From an uncultured Poribacteria bacterium (GTDB taxonomy: Bacteria; Poribacteria; WGA-4E; WGA-3G), in the NCBI GenBank assembly GCA_958296135.2, contig CATQHZ020000001.1, positions 2,592,001 through 2,656,000 of the forward strand: a stretch of DNA of 64,000 nt, written 5' to 3'. Below the pieces are notes generated by a model. The model saw only the letters and a program-made list of their open reading frames with translations, was not told the origin of the DNA and ran no database searches. Positions 18,050 through 28,161 of this stretch are shown in pieces; the first letter of the stretch is position 1; the number at the start of each line of letters is the position of its first letter. Made by a program: the position numbers and the translations under genes.

Positions 18050-20599
18050 CTAATTCCCCTGCAACTTCGCCGAAATTTCCGGGAACTCCTGCTCACTGAA
18101 CACTAACTGAAAGATAGCCGGCGCGTCCCCTTCATGAACCGTCATCGTGCCAGCAGTGTTGAATGCACCCTCCAACGTCTTCAACACCTTCTCCTTATAC
18201 CGCGTGTCCACGTTACCACGCAGATGCTCTCCCTTCGTCTCGAAAATCAGCAGCCGCGTCTCACCCGCGATCTGCCCCGCCACCGCGACGAAATCCGGAT
18301 AGATACGCTCCTGTTTCCACCCCTGCACGTAATACGAACCCTGTTGCCGCGCCGCCACCCGATGCCACCAACGCAACGCCTGCTCCTCATCAAGGTAGCA
18401 TGCAAAACGCTTTTCCAACTCAGAATCGAAATAACGCGCGAAGACCGGCTCAAAAAGGCTTAACTGCACCGGTTGGAAATCCTGCCGCGTCAACACCGGC
18501 TCATTAGGACTCACCAATAAGTCGTATTGCTCCACCATGCGGAAATTAGGCTCCCCCATCTCCAAGTCAAAGCGGATTTCACCAGCGTTCAGTTTTTTCC
18601 GAAAACACTGCTCCGCCTGTGTTGCCACCTCACTCTTGACATGTTCGCGCAACACATAAGTGAGATGAGTGCGTCGATCGTAGATATCCTCGTCGGTTTC
18701 GCCGTTTTTCTTCAGACTTTCGATAAGTTCCTGAGCGATGCGCGCCGCCTGCCACAGATTCGGCACAATGTCCGACAGCCGGTTCGCAAAATCGGTGACA
18801 CGAACCGTTTTGTCAATCTGCACCTCCTGAGCGGCGTGGAAAACGGGCAACGTCTCCTCCACATCAACGATGGCGGATTGTCGCCTCACGGTAGCGGGTG
18901 CAGAGGCGTTCGGGTCCGGCGGCGCGATAGCCACCCAATCTATTTCCGCCAAGATATGCGCAGCATAACTAAGGGAAATCCACTCGTCGCCCTTTTTATG
19001 GAGCACCATCGGCAGAAACATCTCCTCACCCCGAAATTTCTCGCGGCGTTCCACAGTAATGCGCCTAACCTTGTCTCCCTCTTGCAAGCTTAACTCGCCC
19101 ATCACTTCGTCGCCTAAGCCGGTGAGTCCTTCCGCTTCTAAGCCGTTCTTCACCTGATTGACGACGGTGCCCACCTCGGTGTTGTTGCAGTAGACATAAC
19201 ACCGATTCAGTGCCTCCCGGTTTGTGAGTCGGGCATGCGGCTGCCGCATCACCCGTCCGACCAGCTGCGTAATCGCGCGCTGTGCCTGCGTATTGTCCAA
19301 CATCACTAAGAGATAGGCGAACGGGCAATCCCACCCTTCCATGAGCGCGGATTTGGTGATTATCCATCGCACCGACGAGTATTTGGAGAGCAGGTCTTCG
19401 CGCCCGAGCTCATCGTTGTCGGCGGATTTGACGCGAATCTCTCTCCCGGAAACGCCTAAATTTTTAATGAGATACTCCCGCACATCCTCGGCATGCACGC
19501 GCTTGCCATCGCGCTGATCTCTGCCGGTTCGCTCAACGCGGACAACGGCGATGGGCCGGATATACCGCCCGGTGCGATGCTCAAATACCTTCGCTTCCTT
19601 ATCAAGCTGATCCAACTCATCAACCGCCTGGCCGAGTGTCAATTGCCACTCGGCATTCGGAAAGGCTGTCACCTGCACTGGCAGCTTAATCATCTGCTCT
19701 TTTTTCAGGTCTGGCCCCTCAATATCGACGAGCAGATTGCTAATGCCGCGGTTCGGTGTCGCGGAGAGCTCAATCACGAGGCTCGGGTCAAGCCGACTGA
19801 TAGAACGCGCGAACTCCTCGTTGGCTTCCCGCTTTTTCGCGCCGTATGCCTTATGCGCTTCGTCTAGCACCACGACAGGCCGCAGTATCTTAAACACGTT
19901 GAACAGACTGTGCTTGACGAACCTGCCCTTCTCATGTCGCTCCAGGTCCGGATATTCGTTAAGCAATCGGGCATCGCCGAGGATATCGCCCGGGTTAGGG
20001 AAAAATGTCGGATAACGCCCGGAATCTCGAAACATCCGCAAGAACTCCTTCCCTTTGCGTCGGTTCGCCGCCGGCAACATCAGCAACATCACGCATAGGT
20101 AGTTGGCGACATCGTCTCTGTTGAATACATCTTCCTTTTCCAACACCTTCACGCGGCCCCCACTTGCCTTTTCCAACATCTGGCGATAGGGATGCTGCCG
20201 AGTCCAGAGAGCCGTTCGCGTCTGCTGATAGATGGCACGACTCGGCACTACCCACAATACGAGGCCGGTTTGGCGATGGAGGCGTTCTAGCGCGGCAGCG
20301 GCGAGCAAGGTTTTCCCACCGCCAGTCGGCACTTTGAAGCAGATATGCGGGATGGGACGATTCGCCTCGTCAGTGCGCGATACGTATTCGCCCGCGCTAT
20401 CCGCAACGCCACCTTTCTCAGACAGGTTTTGCCAGGCTTTTTGCGGGTAATTGCTAATTACATCCGGAATCTCATCAATCCCACCCTGTTTCAACGTCTG
20501 GATTAATGTCTCCATCTCATTCCGCGCCTCTTTGACTTCTTCCAACCAACGGCTAAAAGCATCCAGCGCGCTGAGCTGGTAGGTTTTCAATTGCATCAT
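18050..20599 (-). CDS. res: Type III restriction-modification Res subunit (SF2 helicase + nuclease)
   Basis: VPTGGGKT, LDEAH, LSATP, EGWDCP, QLVGRVMR; C-terminal YPDF..FETKG nuclease motif. Confidence 0.9.
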   Translation of the reverse strand: MMQLKTYQLSALDAFSRWLEEVKEARNEMETLIQTLKQGGIDEIPDVISNYPQKAWQNLSEKGGVADSAGEYVSRTDEANRPIPHICFKVPTGGGKTLLAAAALERLHRQTGLVLWVVPSRAIYQQTRTALWTRQHPYRQMLEKASGGRVKVLEKEDVFNRDDVANYLCVMLLMLPAANRRKGKEFLRMFRDSGRYPTFFPNPGDILGDARLLNEYPDLERHEKGRFVKHSLFNVFKILRPVVVLDEAHKAYGAKKREANEEFARSISRLDPSLVIELSATPNRGISNLLVDIEGPDLKKEQMIKLPVQVTAFPNAEWQLTLGQAVDELDQLDKEAKVFEHRTGRYIRPIAVVRVERTGRDQRDGKRVHAEDVREYLIKNLGVSGREIRVKSADNDELGREDLLSKYSSVRWIITKSALMEGWDCPFAYLLVMLDNTQAQRAITQLVGRVMRQPHARLTNREALNRCYVYCNNTEVGTVVNQVKNGLEAEGLTGLGDEVMGELSLQEGDKVRRITVERREKFRGEEMFLPMVLHKKGDEWISLSYAAHILAEIDWVAIAPPDPNASAPATVRRQSAIVDVEETLPVFHAAQEVQIDKTVRVTDFANRLSDIVPNLWQAARIAQELIESLKKNGETDEDIYDRRTHLTYVLREHVKSEVATQAEQCFRKKLNAGEIRFDLEMGEPNFRMVEQYDLLVSPNEPVLTRQDFQPVQLSLFEPVFARYFDSELEKRFACYLDEEQALRWWHRVAARQQGSYYVQGWKQERIYPDFVAVAGQIAGETRLLIFETKGEHLRGNVDTRYKEKVLKTLEGAFNTAGTMTVHEGDAPAIFQLVFSEQEFPEISAKLQGN

Positions 20600-20611
20600 G
20601 GGAATACCTCC

Positions 20612-22297
20612 CTATGTTTCGCGAACGATGTGTGGGAGTTGACAGAAAGTCACCTCCAAATCCATCAAATCGGCAAGTTCTAAGTATTTGGCGGATGCGT
20701 AAACCACCGCTTTTCTGCCGTTCAGCGCACCAGCGGCACTCATGCGTTCCGCCTGCTCCCATTTCAGCACGGACGCGTTGCTCCGTAAATACTCCAAGTC
20801 CGGCTTATACAGCAGATAATGGTCAAATTTATCATCGCTGTAAAAGAGCCCATCCTCATTTTTCGGAGTTAACGCTCCCGGGCCAGCGGAAACGCCAGTA
20901 GTCGTATAGAGCAGATGCGCAGCGAACGACTCATAAGACGGAAGTCCCCCACCGAGGAGCAATTTCTCTATCTCTGTCGGTTTGCCCAACGTGCAGTAGG
21001 TAAAAGAGCCGCCCAATCCTTCGCGCAGGCTGCCGTTTTTAGCATGCGGGACACCGTTGATAACACGGCGCACACGTTCGGCGGTTATCGTGTCCGCATA
21101 CTCCTCGCACTCAACAAGGATAAACTTTCGTTTTCCATCGTCTTCCTTGTTTAAGGATAGCACGGCGTGGGCGGTTGTCCCAGAACCTGCAAACGAGTCA
21201 AGAACAACGTCGTCTGGACCTACGTTTGCAAACCTGATAAGATCCGCAATCAACGGCACCGCTTTGGGGAAATCAAACACACGTTGTTCATCCATCAGCG
21301 CGTTGATGATATTCGTCCCATTCGCAGCAGCGTATTCAGGCTTATACCAGAGTGAGCGGGGTTTTGAAGTGAATGTATCACCGATGTCTGGCCTCACTTT
21401 CGTGATGAGTTGGTAGCCGCTGCGCTCATGAGGGCGCACGATAAGGTCCTGACGATTGTTTTTAACGCGGTCCCGGCCCCATCGCCATACCGCGTCGCTT
21501 CCATCACTGTGGGTAGGAAACAGTTCTGTATCTTCCGGAGAACGTCGGGACAAACTAATTGATAAGTCTGCACCGATATAGATAGGGAAGTATAAATTCG
21601 GGCGGTCTTCACGGTTAGCACTCGTCCCAGACCGAACTAATCCATATCCTTCCTTGTAATAACCAAGCTCATCTTGTTTCCAATCCTCCGGGTCTTCATT
21701 CGCGGGCAAGCGAGCGAGGCTGACTTGGTTGACATTCTTCGCGAAGACGTGAATGTACTCAGTTACCTGCGTCATCCATCGGCCAGGCAGCGCACCGAGA
21801 TTCTGAACGTAAATCAGAGTGCCGATGAAATTTTGTTCCCCGAAGATTTCTTCTAAACTCGCCAAAAGCCGCCACTGCTCATGGTCATCAATTGACACAA
21901 AAATGACTCCATCTTCCGAGAGCAACTCTCGCAGCAAGTGAAGACGTGGCCACAACATGCACAGCCACTTGTCATGCCGCTCCATGTCTTCCCCATCAAC
22001 AGGTTTGTTCTCTTCAAGCCATGCCTGCATCAACGGGCTGTTTACCCGGTCGTTGTAGACCCAGTCTTGGCTGCCTGTATTATAGGGCGGATCGATGTAG
22101 ATGCACTTCACGCGATTCGCATAGCGCGGCAATAACGCCTTCAGCGCGTAAAGGTTGTCCCCATGGATAATGAGGTTATCTTCGGCAAACCCAGATGGGT
22201 TGCAAGAACGGGCCTCGTCCGGTTCAATCGGGCGATACGGGACCGTGAGGTGATGCGCGTAGATATTATGTTTGCCTTTGAATTCAAGGGTTGGCAT
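20612..22297 (-). CDS. mod: Type III restriction-modification Mod subunit (N6-adenine MTase)
   Basis: NLIIHGDNL, IYIDPPYNTG, FPK, VLDSFAGSGTT; lies directly upstream of res. Confidence 0.9.
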   Translation of the reverse strand: MPTLEFKGKHNIYAHHLTVPYRPIEPDEARSCNPSGFAEDNLIIHGDNLYALKALLPRYANRVKCIYIDPPYNTGSQDWVYNDRVNSPLMQAWLEENKPVDGEDMERHDKWLCMLWPRLHLLRELLSEDGVIFVSIDDHEQWRLLASLEEIFGEQNFIGTLIYVQNLGALPGRWMTQVTEYIHVFAKNVNQVSLARLPANEDPEDWKQDELGYYKEGYGLVRSGTSANREDRPNLYFPIYIGADLSISLSRRSPEDTELFPTHSDGSDAVWRWGRDRVKNNRQDLIVRPHERSGYQLITKVRPDIGDTFTSKPRSLWYKPEYAAANGTNIINALMDEQRVFDFPKAVPLIADLIRFANVGPDDVVLDSFAGSGTTAHAVLSLNKEDDGKRKFILVECEEYADTITAERVRRVINGVPHAKNGSLREGLGGSFTYCTLGKPTEIEKLLLGGGLPSYESFAAHLLYTTTGVSAGPGALTPKNEDGLFYSDDKFDHYLLYKPDLEYLRSNASVLKWEQAERMSAAGALNGRKAVVYASAKYLELADLMDLEVTFCQLPHIVRET

Positions 22298-22345
22298 AGT
22301 CAAATTCCTCCCGAAAAATCCGCGAATTGTCAAAACACTTCTTAA

Positions 22346-22375
22346 AGTTTAACACACCTTTGCATGAAATGTCAA
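22346..22375 (-). promoter_or_regulatory. Sigma70-type promoter for mod-res locus 1
   Basis: Minus strand TTGACA-N18-TAAACT with a TG extended -10. Confidence 0.6.
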
Positions 22376-22434
22376 GCAATTTGTGAAGTAATTTTCACCG
22401 GAAATCTCCTAATCCTGCAGCAAGAGACAGAACA

Positions 22435-22905
22435 CTATGTAGCAAGCACATACGGCCGCTTATCAAGATGATAAACCACATGCCCCTCATTCTCCTTGAA
22501 ACCCAACGACGCATAAAACGCCTCTTCACAATCGGCGACGATGTAGCCAGTGATGAACGTCGCGCCCATCGCTTCCAACTCGCGCAAGAGGCATTCGCCA
22601 AGCGATTTGCCAACGCACCTCTCGTCCGCCTCCAGCAGCGAACCGTTGGCATACTTCGGACTGCCGCCTTGGTAACGAAGGTCCAGCGAGAATTCCATGA
22701 TATGCGCGGAAAGCCCATCAAACGTCGCGCGAGCAAGCCCGATGAGTTCGTCGTCAGCGCGAGCGGCAACAATCAGATGCGGATATTCCAATATCTTCGC
22801 CGCCGTATCTTTGCCAAACCCGACTTCGCAGATGTCATTCCGCTCATAGAAAGCGAACAATTCGTCGGCAGTCAGTTTAGGATTAACGTGGATAGTAACA
22901 GTCAT
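22435..22905 (-). CDS. GNAT family N-acetyltransferase
   Basis: ELIGLARA..DLRYQG..EAFYASLGF; GAGGAGGAG RBS. Confidence 0.8.
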   Translation of the reverse strand: MTVTIHVNPKLTADELFAFYERNDICEVGFGKDTAAKILEYPHLIVAARADDELIGLARATFDGLSAHIMEFSLDLRYQGGSPKYANGSLLEADERCVGKSLGECLLRELEAMGATFITGYIVADCEEAFYASLGFKENEGHVVYHLDKRPYVLAT

Positions 22906-23078
22906 AGTTTCTCCTCCTCATCGAAAATCGCACTTGGCCCGTAGAGCGGGGACCTGTCCCCACCCCGGTAGGAGAGACCTCCCGCGTCTCGAATATCCTT
23001 AAATGATGTGACACAAAATTTGTAATTTTGGTATAATGCATCAACAATCAACTCTCTAATGCAGAAGGATACGCAAAC

Positions 23079-23906
23079 ATGAAATTTGCACGTGAAGAAA
23101 TTTTAGCCAAATTGCGCGCCAATATTGACGCAGGCAAACCGATTATCGGCGCAGGTGCCGGCACCGGCATCTCCGCTAAATGCGAGGCGGCCGGCGGCAT
23201 CGACCTGATTATTATCTACAACTCCGGCAGATTCCGCATGGCTGGCAGAGGCTCTCTCGCCGGCATGATGCCCTACGGTGACGCAAACCAGATTGTCGTG
23301 GAGATGGCCAGCGAAGTACTACCCGTCGTCCAAAACACGCCGGTTCTCGCAGGCGTTTGTGGGACAGACCCGTTTCGGCTCATGGATGTCTTCTTGAAGC
23401 AGATAGATGCCATCGGGTTCTCCGGCGTTCAGAACTTCCCCACCGTCGGGCTGATTGACGGCACCTTCCGCCAACTTCTGGAGGAAACCGACATGGGATA
23501 CGGACCGGAAGTGGCGATGATCCGCACCGCGCACGAAATGAATCTGCTCACTACGCCCTATGCCTTCAACGCCACAGAAGCGGAGCAGATGGCAGACGCA
23601 GGCGCGGATATCCTCGTCGCGCACATGGGACTAACCACGAAAGGCTCCATCGGCGCGAAGACCGCGCTCACGCTTGAGGATGCCGCCAAGCGCGTGCAAA
23701 CAATCCACGACGCAGCAAAGGGGGTCAACCCCGAAACTCTCGTCATCTGCCACGGCGGCCCCATCGCTGAACCCGAAGACGCTAGTTACGTCTTGGAGAA
23801 TACCGAGGGCGTTGTCGGATTCTACGGCGCATCTAGTGCCGAACGCCTCCCCACAGAACGCGCGATTACTGCACAGATCGAGGCGTTTAAAGCAATTCGT
23901 TTCTGA
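23079..23906 (+). CDS. TIM-barrel signal transduction / PEP hydrolase-like (Tm-1-like) protein
   Basis: [53 protein letters not shown]. Confidence 0.9.
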   Translation: MKFAREEILAKLRANIDAGKPIIGAGAGTGISAKCEAAGGIDLIIIYNSGRFRMAGRGSLAGMMPYGDANQIVVEMASEVLPVVQNTPVLAGVCGTDPFRLMDVFLKQIDAIGFSGVQNFPTVGLIDGTFRQLLEETDMGYGPEVAMIRTAHEMNLLTTPYAFNATEAEQMADAGADILVAHMGLTTKGSIGAKTALTLEDAAKRVQTIHDAAKGVNPETLVICHGGPIAEPEDASYVLENTEGVVGFYGASSAERLPTERAITAQIEAFKAIRF

Positions 23907-24044
23907 GTACCTGCGGATGTCTCTATCCGCCCGTATGGCTCGCCAGAAATGCCCCGGTTGTTTCCCTAATTTTCATCTGAGCCTGAAAAGAAAACTGGCA
24001 TCCAACCTGCAGAAAGCATCTCAATATAAGGAGGAACTAACCCC

Positions 24045-24845
24045 ATGACTGACGAAGAAAAATTTCGCTTTGACCTGACAGGATTTCTCGTCCGGCCCGC
24101 GATTTTAAGCCGCGCCGAGGTTGACGCAATCGTAGACCAGATTGACAGAATCCACCATAATCCCGAATCGCTGCCGCCAGAGCATCGCGCTGTGCCGGGA
24201 GGCCCCGCGAGCGTCCTCATCGATCATCCCAAGGTCATCGATGTTTTGCACGAGATCATCGGCCCCGATATCCGACTTGAAAGCAGCGCCGCGGTGTGGA
24301 GGAAACAGGGGCAAGAGCACGGCGGCCTCCACGGCGGCGGACCGGGCCAAGCAGACCCGATTTTCGGGTATCGCGTTAACAACGGCCGTATTCACGCCGG
24401 AATGGTGCGCGTCGTTTTTGAACTCACCGATGTTACCAAAGACGACGGCGCGACGCATTTTATCGCCGGCAGTCATAAGTCAAACTTCCCAATGCATCCA
24501 GACCACCTGTCATTAGAGGCCGGCAAACGCAGCCCGTTTCTGACCACTTATGAATGCCCGGCGGGGAGTGCCATTTTCTTTACAGAGAATTTGTGTCACG
24601 CCGGCCCGGTGTGGCAGCGTGACACGCCGCGCGTCGCCGTGTTGAACGCCTACGCGCATCTCGCGACACATTGGCATCGGCTGCGCATTCCGCCGGAAGT
24701 GCTTTTGGCATTGCCACGAGAGAAGCAGGCATACTTCCGTGAACCGTGGATCGCCGATTTCCGCACGCGTCCAGCAACGCATAACACCATCGAAAGGTTC
24801 CTCCAAAACGATGAACCGCCGGTTAACACCGATCATCAGCCGTGA
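24045..24845 (+). CDS. PhyH-family Fe/2OG enzyme with HxG in place of HxD
   Basis: EKFRFDLTGFL, LHGG, GATHFIAGSHK, PAGSAIFFTENLCHAG. Confidence 0.85.
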   Translation: MTDEEKFRFDLTGFLVRPAILSRAEVDAIVDQIDRIHHNPESLPPEHRAVPGGPASVLIDHPKVIDVLHEIIGPDIRLESSAAVWRKQGQEHGGLHGGGPGQADPIFGYRVNNGRIHAGMVRVVFELTDVTKDDGATHFIAGSHKSNFPMHPDHLSLEAGKRSPFLTTYECPAGSAIFFTENLCHAGPVWQRDTPRVAVLNAYAHLATHWHRLRIPPEVLLALPREKQAYFREPWIADFRTRPATHNTIERFLQNDEPPVNTDHQP

Positions 24846-24862
24846 TAGAAAGCCTTCTTAAC

Positions 24863-24895
24863 ACGTAGGGCGAGGGCCTGTCCCTCGCCCTACGT
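24863..24895. repeat. GTAG REP-like palindrome between convergent genes (possible terminator)
   Basis: acgtagggcgaggg-cctgt-ccctcgccctacgt forms a perfect 14-bp stem; same core as the array at 59551. Confidence 0.85.
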
Positions 24896-24900
24896 TATTA

Positions 24901-25908
24901 TTAGGGACGCTCCATCGGTACGACAATTTCACCTGAAATTATCCGCGCCTTCAGAGCCTCAACCTGCTCCACTATCTCCGCAGAGAGTTGTTCATCGGGC
25001 GCATAATTAACGCCGCCTTCCGCGAGGCCAGGAGAGTGAATCCCGGGTGTAAAGTTTCCCGCCGCGAAATCGCTGATAACACGATACGCATCGGTATCAA
25101 TTCCCACGAGCAGACTCGTTAAGACAACCTCCGGTGCGGCATAGTTAACATCCATGAAAGTCCAGATGACAAACCGGTCTTCGCCTGCTTGCGCCGCTTC
25201 AATCGCCCCAAACCCGGCGGAATCTGCCATAGAGTAAATGACATCAACGCCGTTTTCATAGTGGTCTAAGGCGATGGTTTTCGCCACATCGGGTTGATAG
25301 AACCCTTGCGCGTTGTCGGCAACATAGCCGATGAGCACCTCTGCCTCTGGATTGACAGCTTTCACACCGGCCACGTAGCCAGCTCCATACTGATACAACC
25401 CGGGCACGTCAGCACCGCCAAGGTAGCCGACTTTTCCTGTCTTTGACGTGAATGCAGCAATCGCGCCGACGAGGAAGGCAGCCTCGTTTGCTTTATACGT
25501 GAAAGAGGCGACGTTGGGCAAGTCAACCGCACCGATAAAAATGACGAACTTGACATCAGGGAACTCCGGTGCCACGCGTGCAAGGGGCTCGCTCATTTGG
25601 AAGCCGGACGTAATCACGAGCCCGGACTGCTGTGCGGCTGCGCGCAGCCGCATCTCCCATGTCTCCGCGTCGCTCTCTACCTCAGTAATTTCAACGCCGC
25701 CCTCGGCTCTCGCTTTTTGCACGCCGTGATAAAGCACATCGCAGAAAGAGGAGTCGCCGAGGCAATCGCCGGGATACACGACGCTCACCTGCATCGGCGC
25801 GCTTGCAGGCTCAGAAAGGATGACTTCCTGCGCCCGCTGGCAACCATAAATACCGAGGAAAACAACGGTTAAAACGATAACGTTCATCAATAAATGCAGA
25901 TTCTTCAT
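24901..25908 (-). CDS. BMP family ABC transporter substrate-binding lipoprotein
   Basis: Lipobox IYGC; GDSSF; APEFPDVKF; SKTGKVGYLGG; GVDVIY; KARIISGEIVVP. Confidence 0.9.
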   Translation of the reverse strand: MKNLHLLMNVIVLTVVFLGIYGCQRAQEVILSEPASAPMQVSVVYPGDCLGDSSFCDVLYHGVQKARAEGGVEITEVESDAETWEMRLRAAAQQSGLVITSGFQMSEPLARVAPEFPDVKFVIFIGAVDLPNVASFTYKANEAAFLVGAIAAFTSKTGKVGYLGGADVPGLYQYGAGYVAGVKAVNPEAEVLIGYVADNAQGFYQPDVAKTIALDHYENGVDVIYSMADSAGFGAIEAAQAGEDRFVIWTFMDVNYAAPEVVLTSLLVGIDTDAYRVISDFAAGNFTPGIHSPGLAEGGVNYAPDEQLSAEIVEQVEALKARIISGEIVVPMERP

Positions 25909-26087
25909 AATTTCTCCTTATAACGTGAAAAAATAGTTTGCATTTTTTCCGTTGAATAGGGTATACTAATTAACAAACGATTTTAACATATTCCACGCCG
26001 AAAGGCAAGAGCGATTTTTTCAGCCATATATGTCAAAACAGACAGCCTTGCGCCCGGCATCGGGTGAGGAAGGAGTTTGTGTCAACG

Positions 26088-26294
26088 ATGCAGAAACAGG
26101 GCATCTATGAGCAGATGGTGCGAGTCCTAGAGAACCATGGCGGGCTGATATTATCACATATCGCTATCTTCGCCTTCTATGGGTATCTGTTTCTCGCACA
26201 TTGGAAACCTAATAGCGGACTGGTGAAACTGCTGCAAGCGCACGGCAGCACCGCACAAGTTGTCTCAATTGCAGCCGTCTTGACAGCCGCATGA
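26088..26294 (+). CDS. Small membrane protein (repeat copy 1)
   Basis: AGGAAGGAG upstream; two hydrophobic segments; differences from copy 2 are mostly synonymous. Confidence 0.6.
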   Translation: MQKQGIYEQMVRVLENHGGLILSHIAIFAFYGYLFLAHWKPNSGLVKLLQAHGSTAQVVSIAAVLTAA

Positions 26295-26315
26295 CTTACA
26301 TGGTGGGGTGAAAAA

Positions 26316-26510
26316 GTGTTATTTCGACTGAAGGAACGCGAGCGGTTGGCGCACTTAGAAGACCGCGTCGCCGAACTAGAACCTCTGGCTGCCAAAGTCC
26401 CGCTGCTAGAACAGCAGAACGCCGAAAAGGACGCGCGCCTTGCTGAACAGGCCGCGCGCCTTGCTGAACTGGAAAACCAGAAGGCACCGACGCAGCCGGA
26501 GCATCACTAA
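26316..26510 (+). CDS. Small coiled-coil protein (repeat copy 1)
   Basis: GTG start after GGGGTGA; same frame as the upstream ORF; heptads DARLAEQ-AARLAEL. Confidence 0.6.
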   Translation: MLFRLKERERLAHLEDRVAELEPLAAKVPLLEQQNAEKDARLAEQAARLAELENQKAPTQPEHH

Positions 26511-26697
26511 GGAAAAAGGATTTCTATATCCACCCTTATACCCAATTAACAGGCGGATATGGAAATCCTCCCTTACAATTCATTATCTTCCATCCGAGAA
26601 CTGAATCGTTCTAGTAGAATTGATTTTTTGTTGCGATAGGGCGTAAATATGTGGTAAAATTTATTTATAGAAAGCAACGTCTTGAGGAATAGGAAGG

Positions 26698-28161
26698 ATG
26701 ATGACAGGAAACACCAAACCTACGGATAAACTCCTAGATGTCCAAATTTCTGTGCAGAATTTTGGGCCAATAGAGAAGGCGGAGATTCACCTTCGCCCCT
26801 TAACCGTGTTTGTCGGTGAGAGCAACACCGGTAAAACGTATCTCTCCGCGCTGATTTATGCACTGCATCAGCATTTTGAGGGGTTCCCAGGTTCTCCCTG
26901 GCCTGCCCACACTCTTTTCTTTTTAGAGTCTATCTACCACTATCAGGACTCCTCTTCCTCCACTCAGGCTGCCTTCAAGAAAGAAATTCTGGAGGCACTC
27001 AAAAAATTGAATACGCCTGAGCGGCCGTTCAAGTTTTCGGATTTACCTCAAGGGCTGAGGGGCTTCCTACAGCGTCGTCTGGAAGATTCTGAAAGCTTTG
27101 GAAACCGACTCAAGCGGTGCTTCGATCTGAAGTCTGTTTCAAAATTAGTGCGGTTCTCCGATGGCGCGCGCAACGAACTGAACGTTTTATTGGAGGTTCG
27201 CGAAACCTGTCAAACACGCTGGAATTGTGCATTACAGGATGCCGGATCTGGACTTACTGTTCGTGGATATGTCAACACCAACACCTCCTTTTCCCCAGCC
27301 GAGACAGCGGTGTTTTGGGAGCTATTTGACGTTAACCCTACGGGTTCTCTTTGGGCTCCTGTGAGGCAGACAACAGAAGCGTATTACTTGCCTGCTGCGC
27401 GGAGTGGCATCATGCAAAGCCACGGGGTGATTGCGAGCTCGCTTATAGAGAACGCCACTCGCATCGGTTTGGAACGCTTTCCTGCGATTCCCGCGTTTTC
27501 GGGGATGATAGCGGATTTTCTCAAGTTAATTGTCCGCTATGATGAGCACAACGGCTCTTCGGACGAAATGAGGCGCATCGCCAACGCATTGGAGGACGAG
27601 GTGCTGCGCGGTGAGATACAGGTAAAACGGCCTGTGCCGGAGGGGTACCCGGAATTCCTCTATCACCCGATGAAAACAAATGAGGCACTGCGTCTGAGTC
27701 AATCATCGTCTATGGTATCCGAACTCGCCCCTTTAGTGCTGTTCTTGCGAGGTATCGTTAACCCGGGAGATTTGCTTATCATTGAAGAACCTGAGTCGCA
27801 CCTGCACCCTGGTGCCCAGACCGCGATAGCTCGCACTCTTGCACGTTTGGTCCGAGCGGGAGTGCGTGTAGTTATCACGACGCATAGCGACTGGCTCCTC
27901 CAACAACTCGGAAACCTCATCCGCGAGGGAGAAGCAAATAAACGAAAAAACAGCACACCGGCATCGGCCGATTGGCTAGTCAAGGAAGAGGTTGGCACAT
28001 GGTGGTTCCACCGAGATAAGCCTGTGGAAGAAATCTCGTTTGATCGAATCGAGGGAATAGAGCCACCTGATTACGAAGCAGTTTCCGATACGCTCTATGA
28101 TAGCGCGATTCGCCTCCAGCAACAACTGCTGGAAAAGGAGGCAACCGATGGAATGGAGTGA
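26698..28161 (+). CDS. ABC-type (AAA_15/AAA_21-like) ATPase, putative defence component
   Basis: VQNFGPI, GESNTGKT, YLPAARSG, SSMVSELAP, IIEEPESHLHP, TTHS. Confidence 0.85.
   Translation: MMTGNTKPTDKLLDVQISVQNFGPIEKAEIHLRPLTVFVGESNTGKTYLSALIYALHQHFEGFPGSPWPAHTLFFLESIYHYQDSSSSTQAAFKKEILEALKKLNTPERPFKFSDLPQGLRGFLQRRLEDSESFGNRLKRCFDLKSVSKLVRFSDGARNELNVLLEVRETCQTRWNCALQDAGSGLTVRGYVNTNTSFSPAETAVFWELFDVNPTGSLWAPVRQTTEAYYLPAARSGIMQSHGVIASSLIENATRIGLERFPAIPAFSGMIADFLKLIVRYDEHNGSSDEMRRIANALEDEVLRGEIQVKRPVPEGYPEFLYHPMKTNEALRLSQSSSMVSELAPLVLFLRGIVNPGDLLIIEEPESHLHPGAQTAIARTLARLVRAGVRVVITTHSDWLLQQLGNLIREGEANKRKNSTPASADWLVKEEVGTWWFHRDKPVEEISFDRIEGIEPPDYEAVSDTLYDSAIRLQQQLLEKEATDGME

Larger units (their letters stand above)
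25925..26575 (+). repeat. Long direct repeat, copy 1 (promoter + two small ORFs + palindrome)
   Basis: Near-identical to 28757-29427 along its whole length; includes TTGCAT-N18-TATACT. Confidence 0.95.

Noticed and set aside
26292-26294. Second selenocysteine codon (also at 29121-29123)
   Set aside because: There is no redox or Cys-type motif around the TGA and no SECIS-like hairpin downstream.
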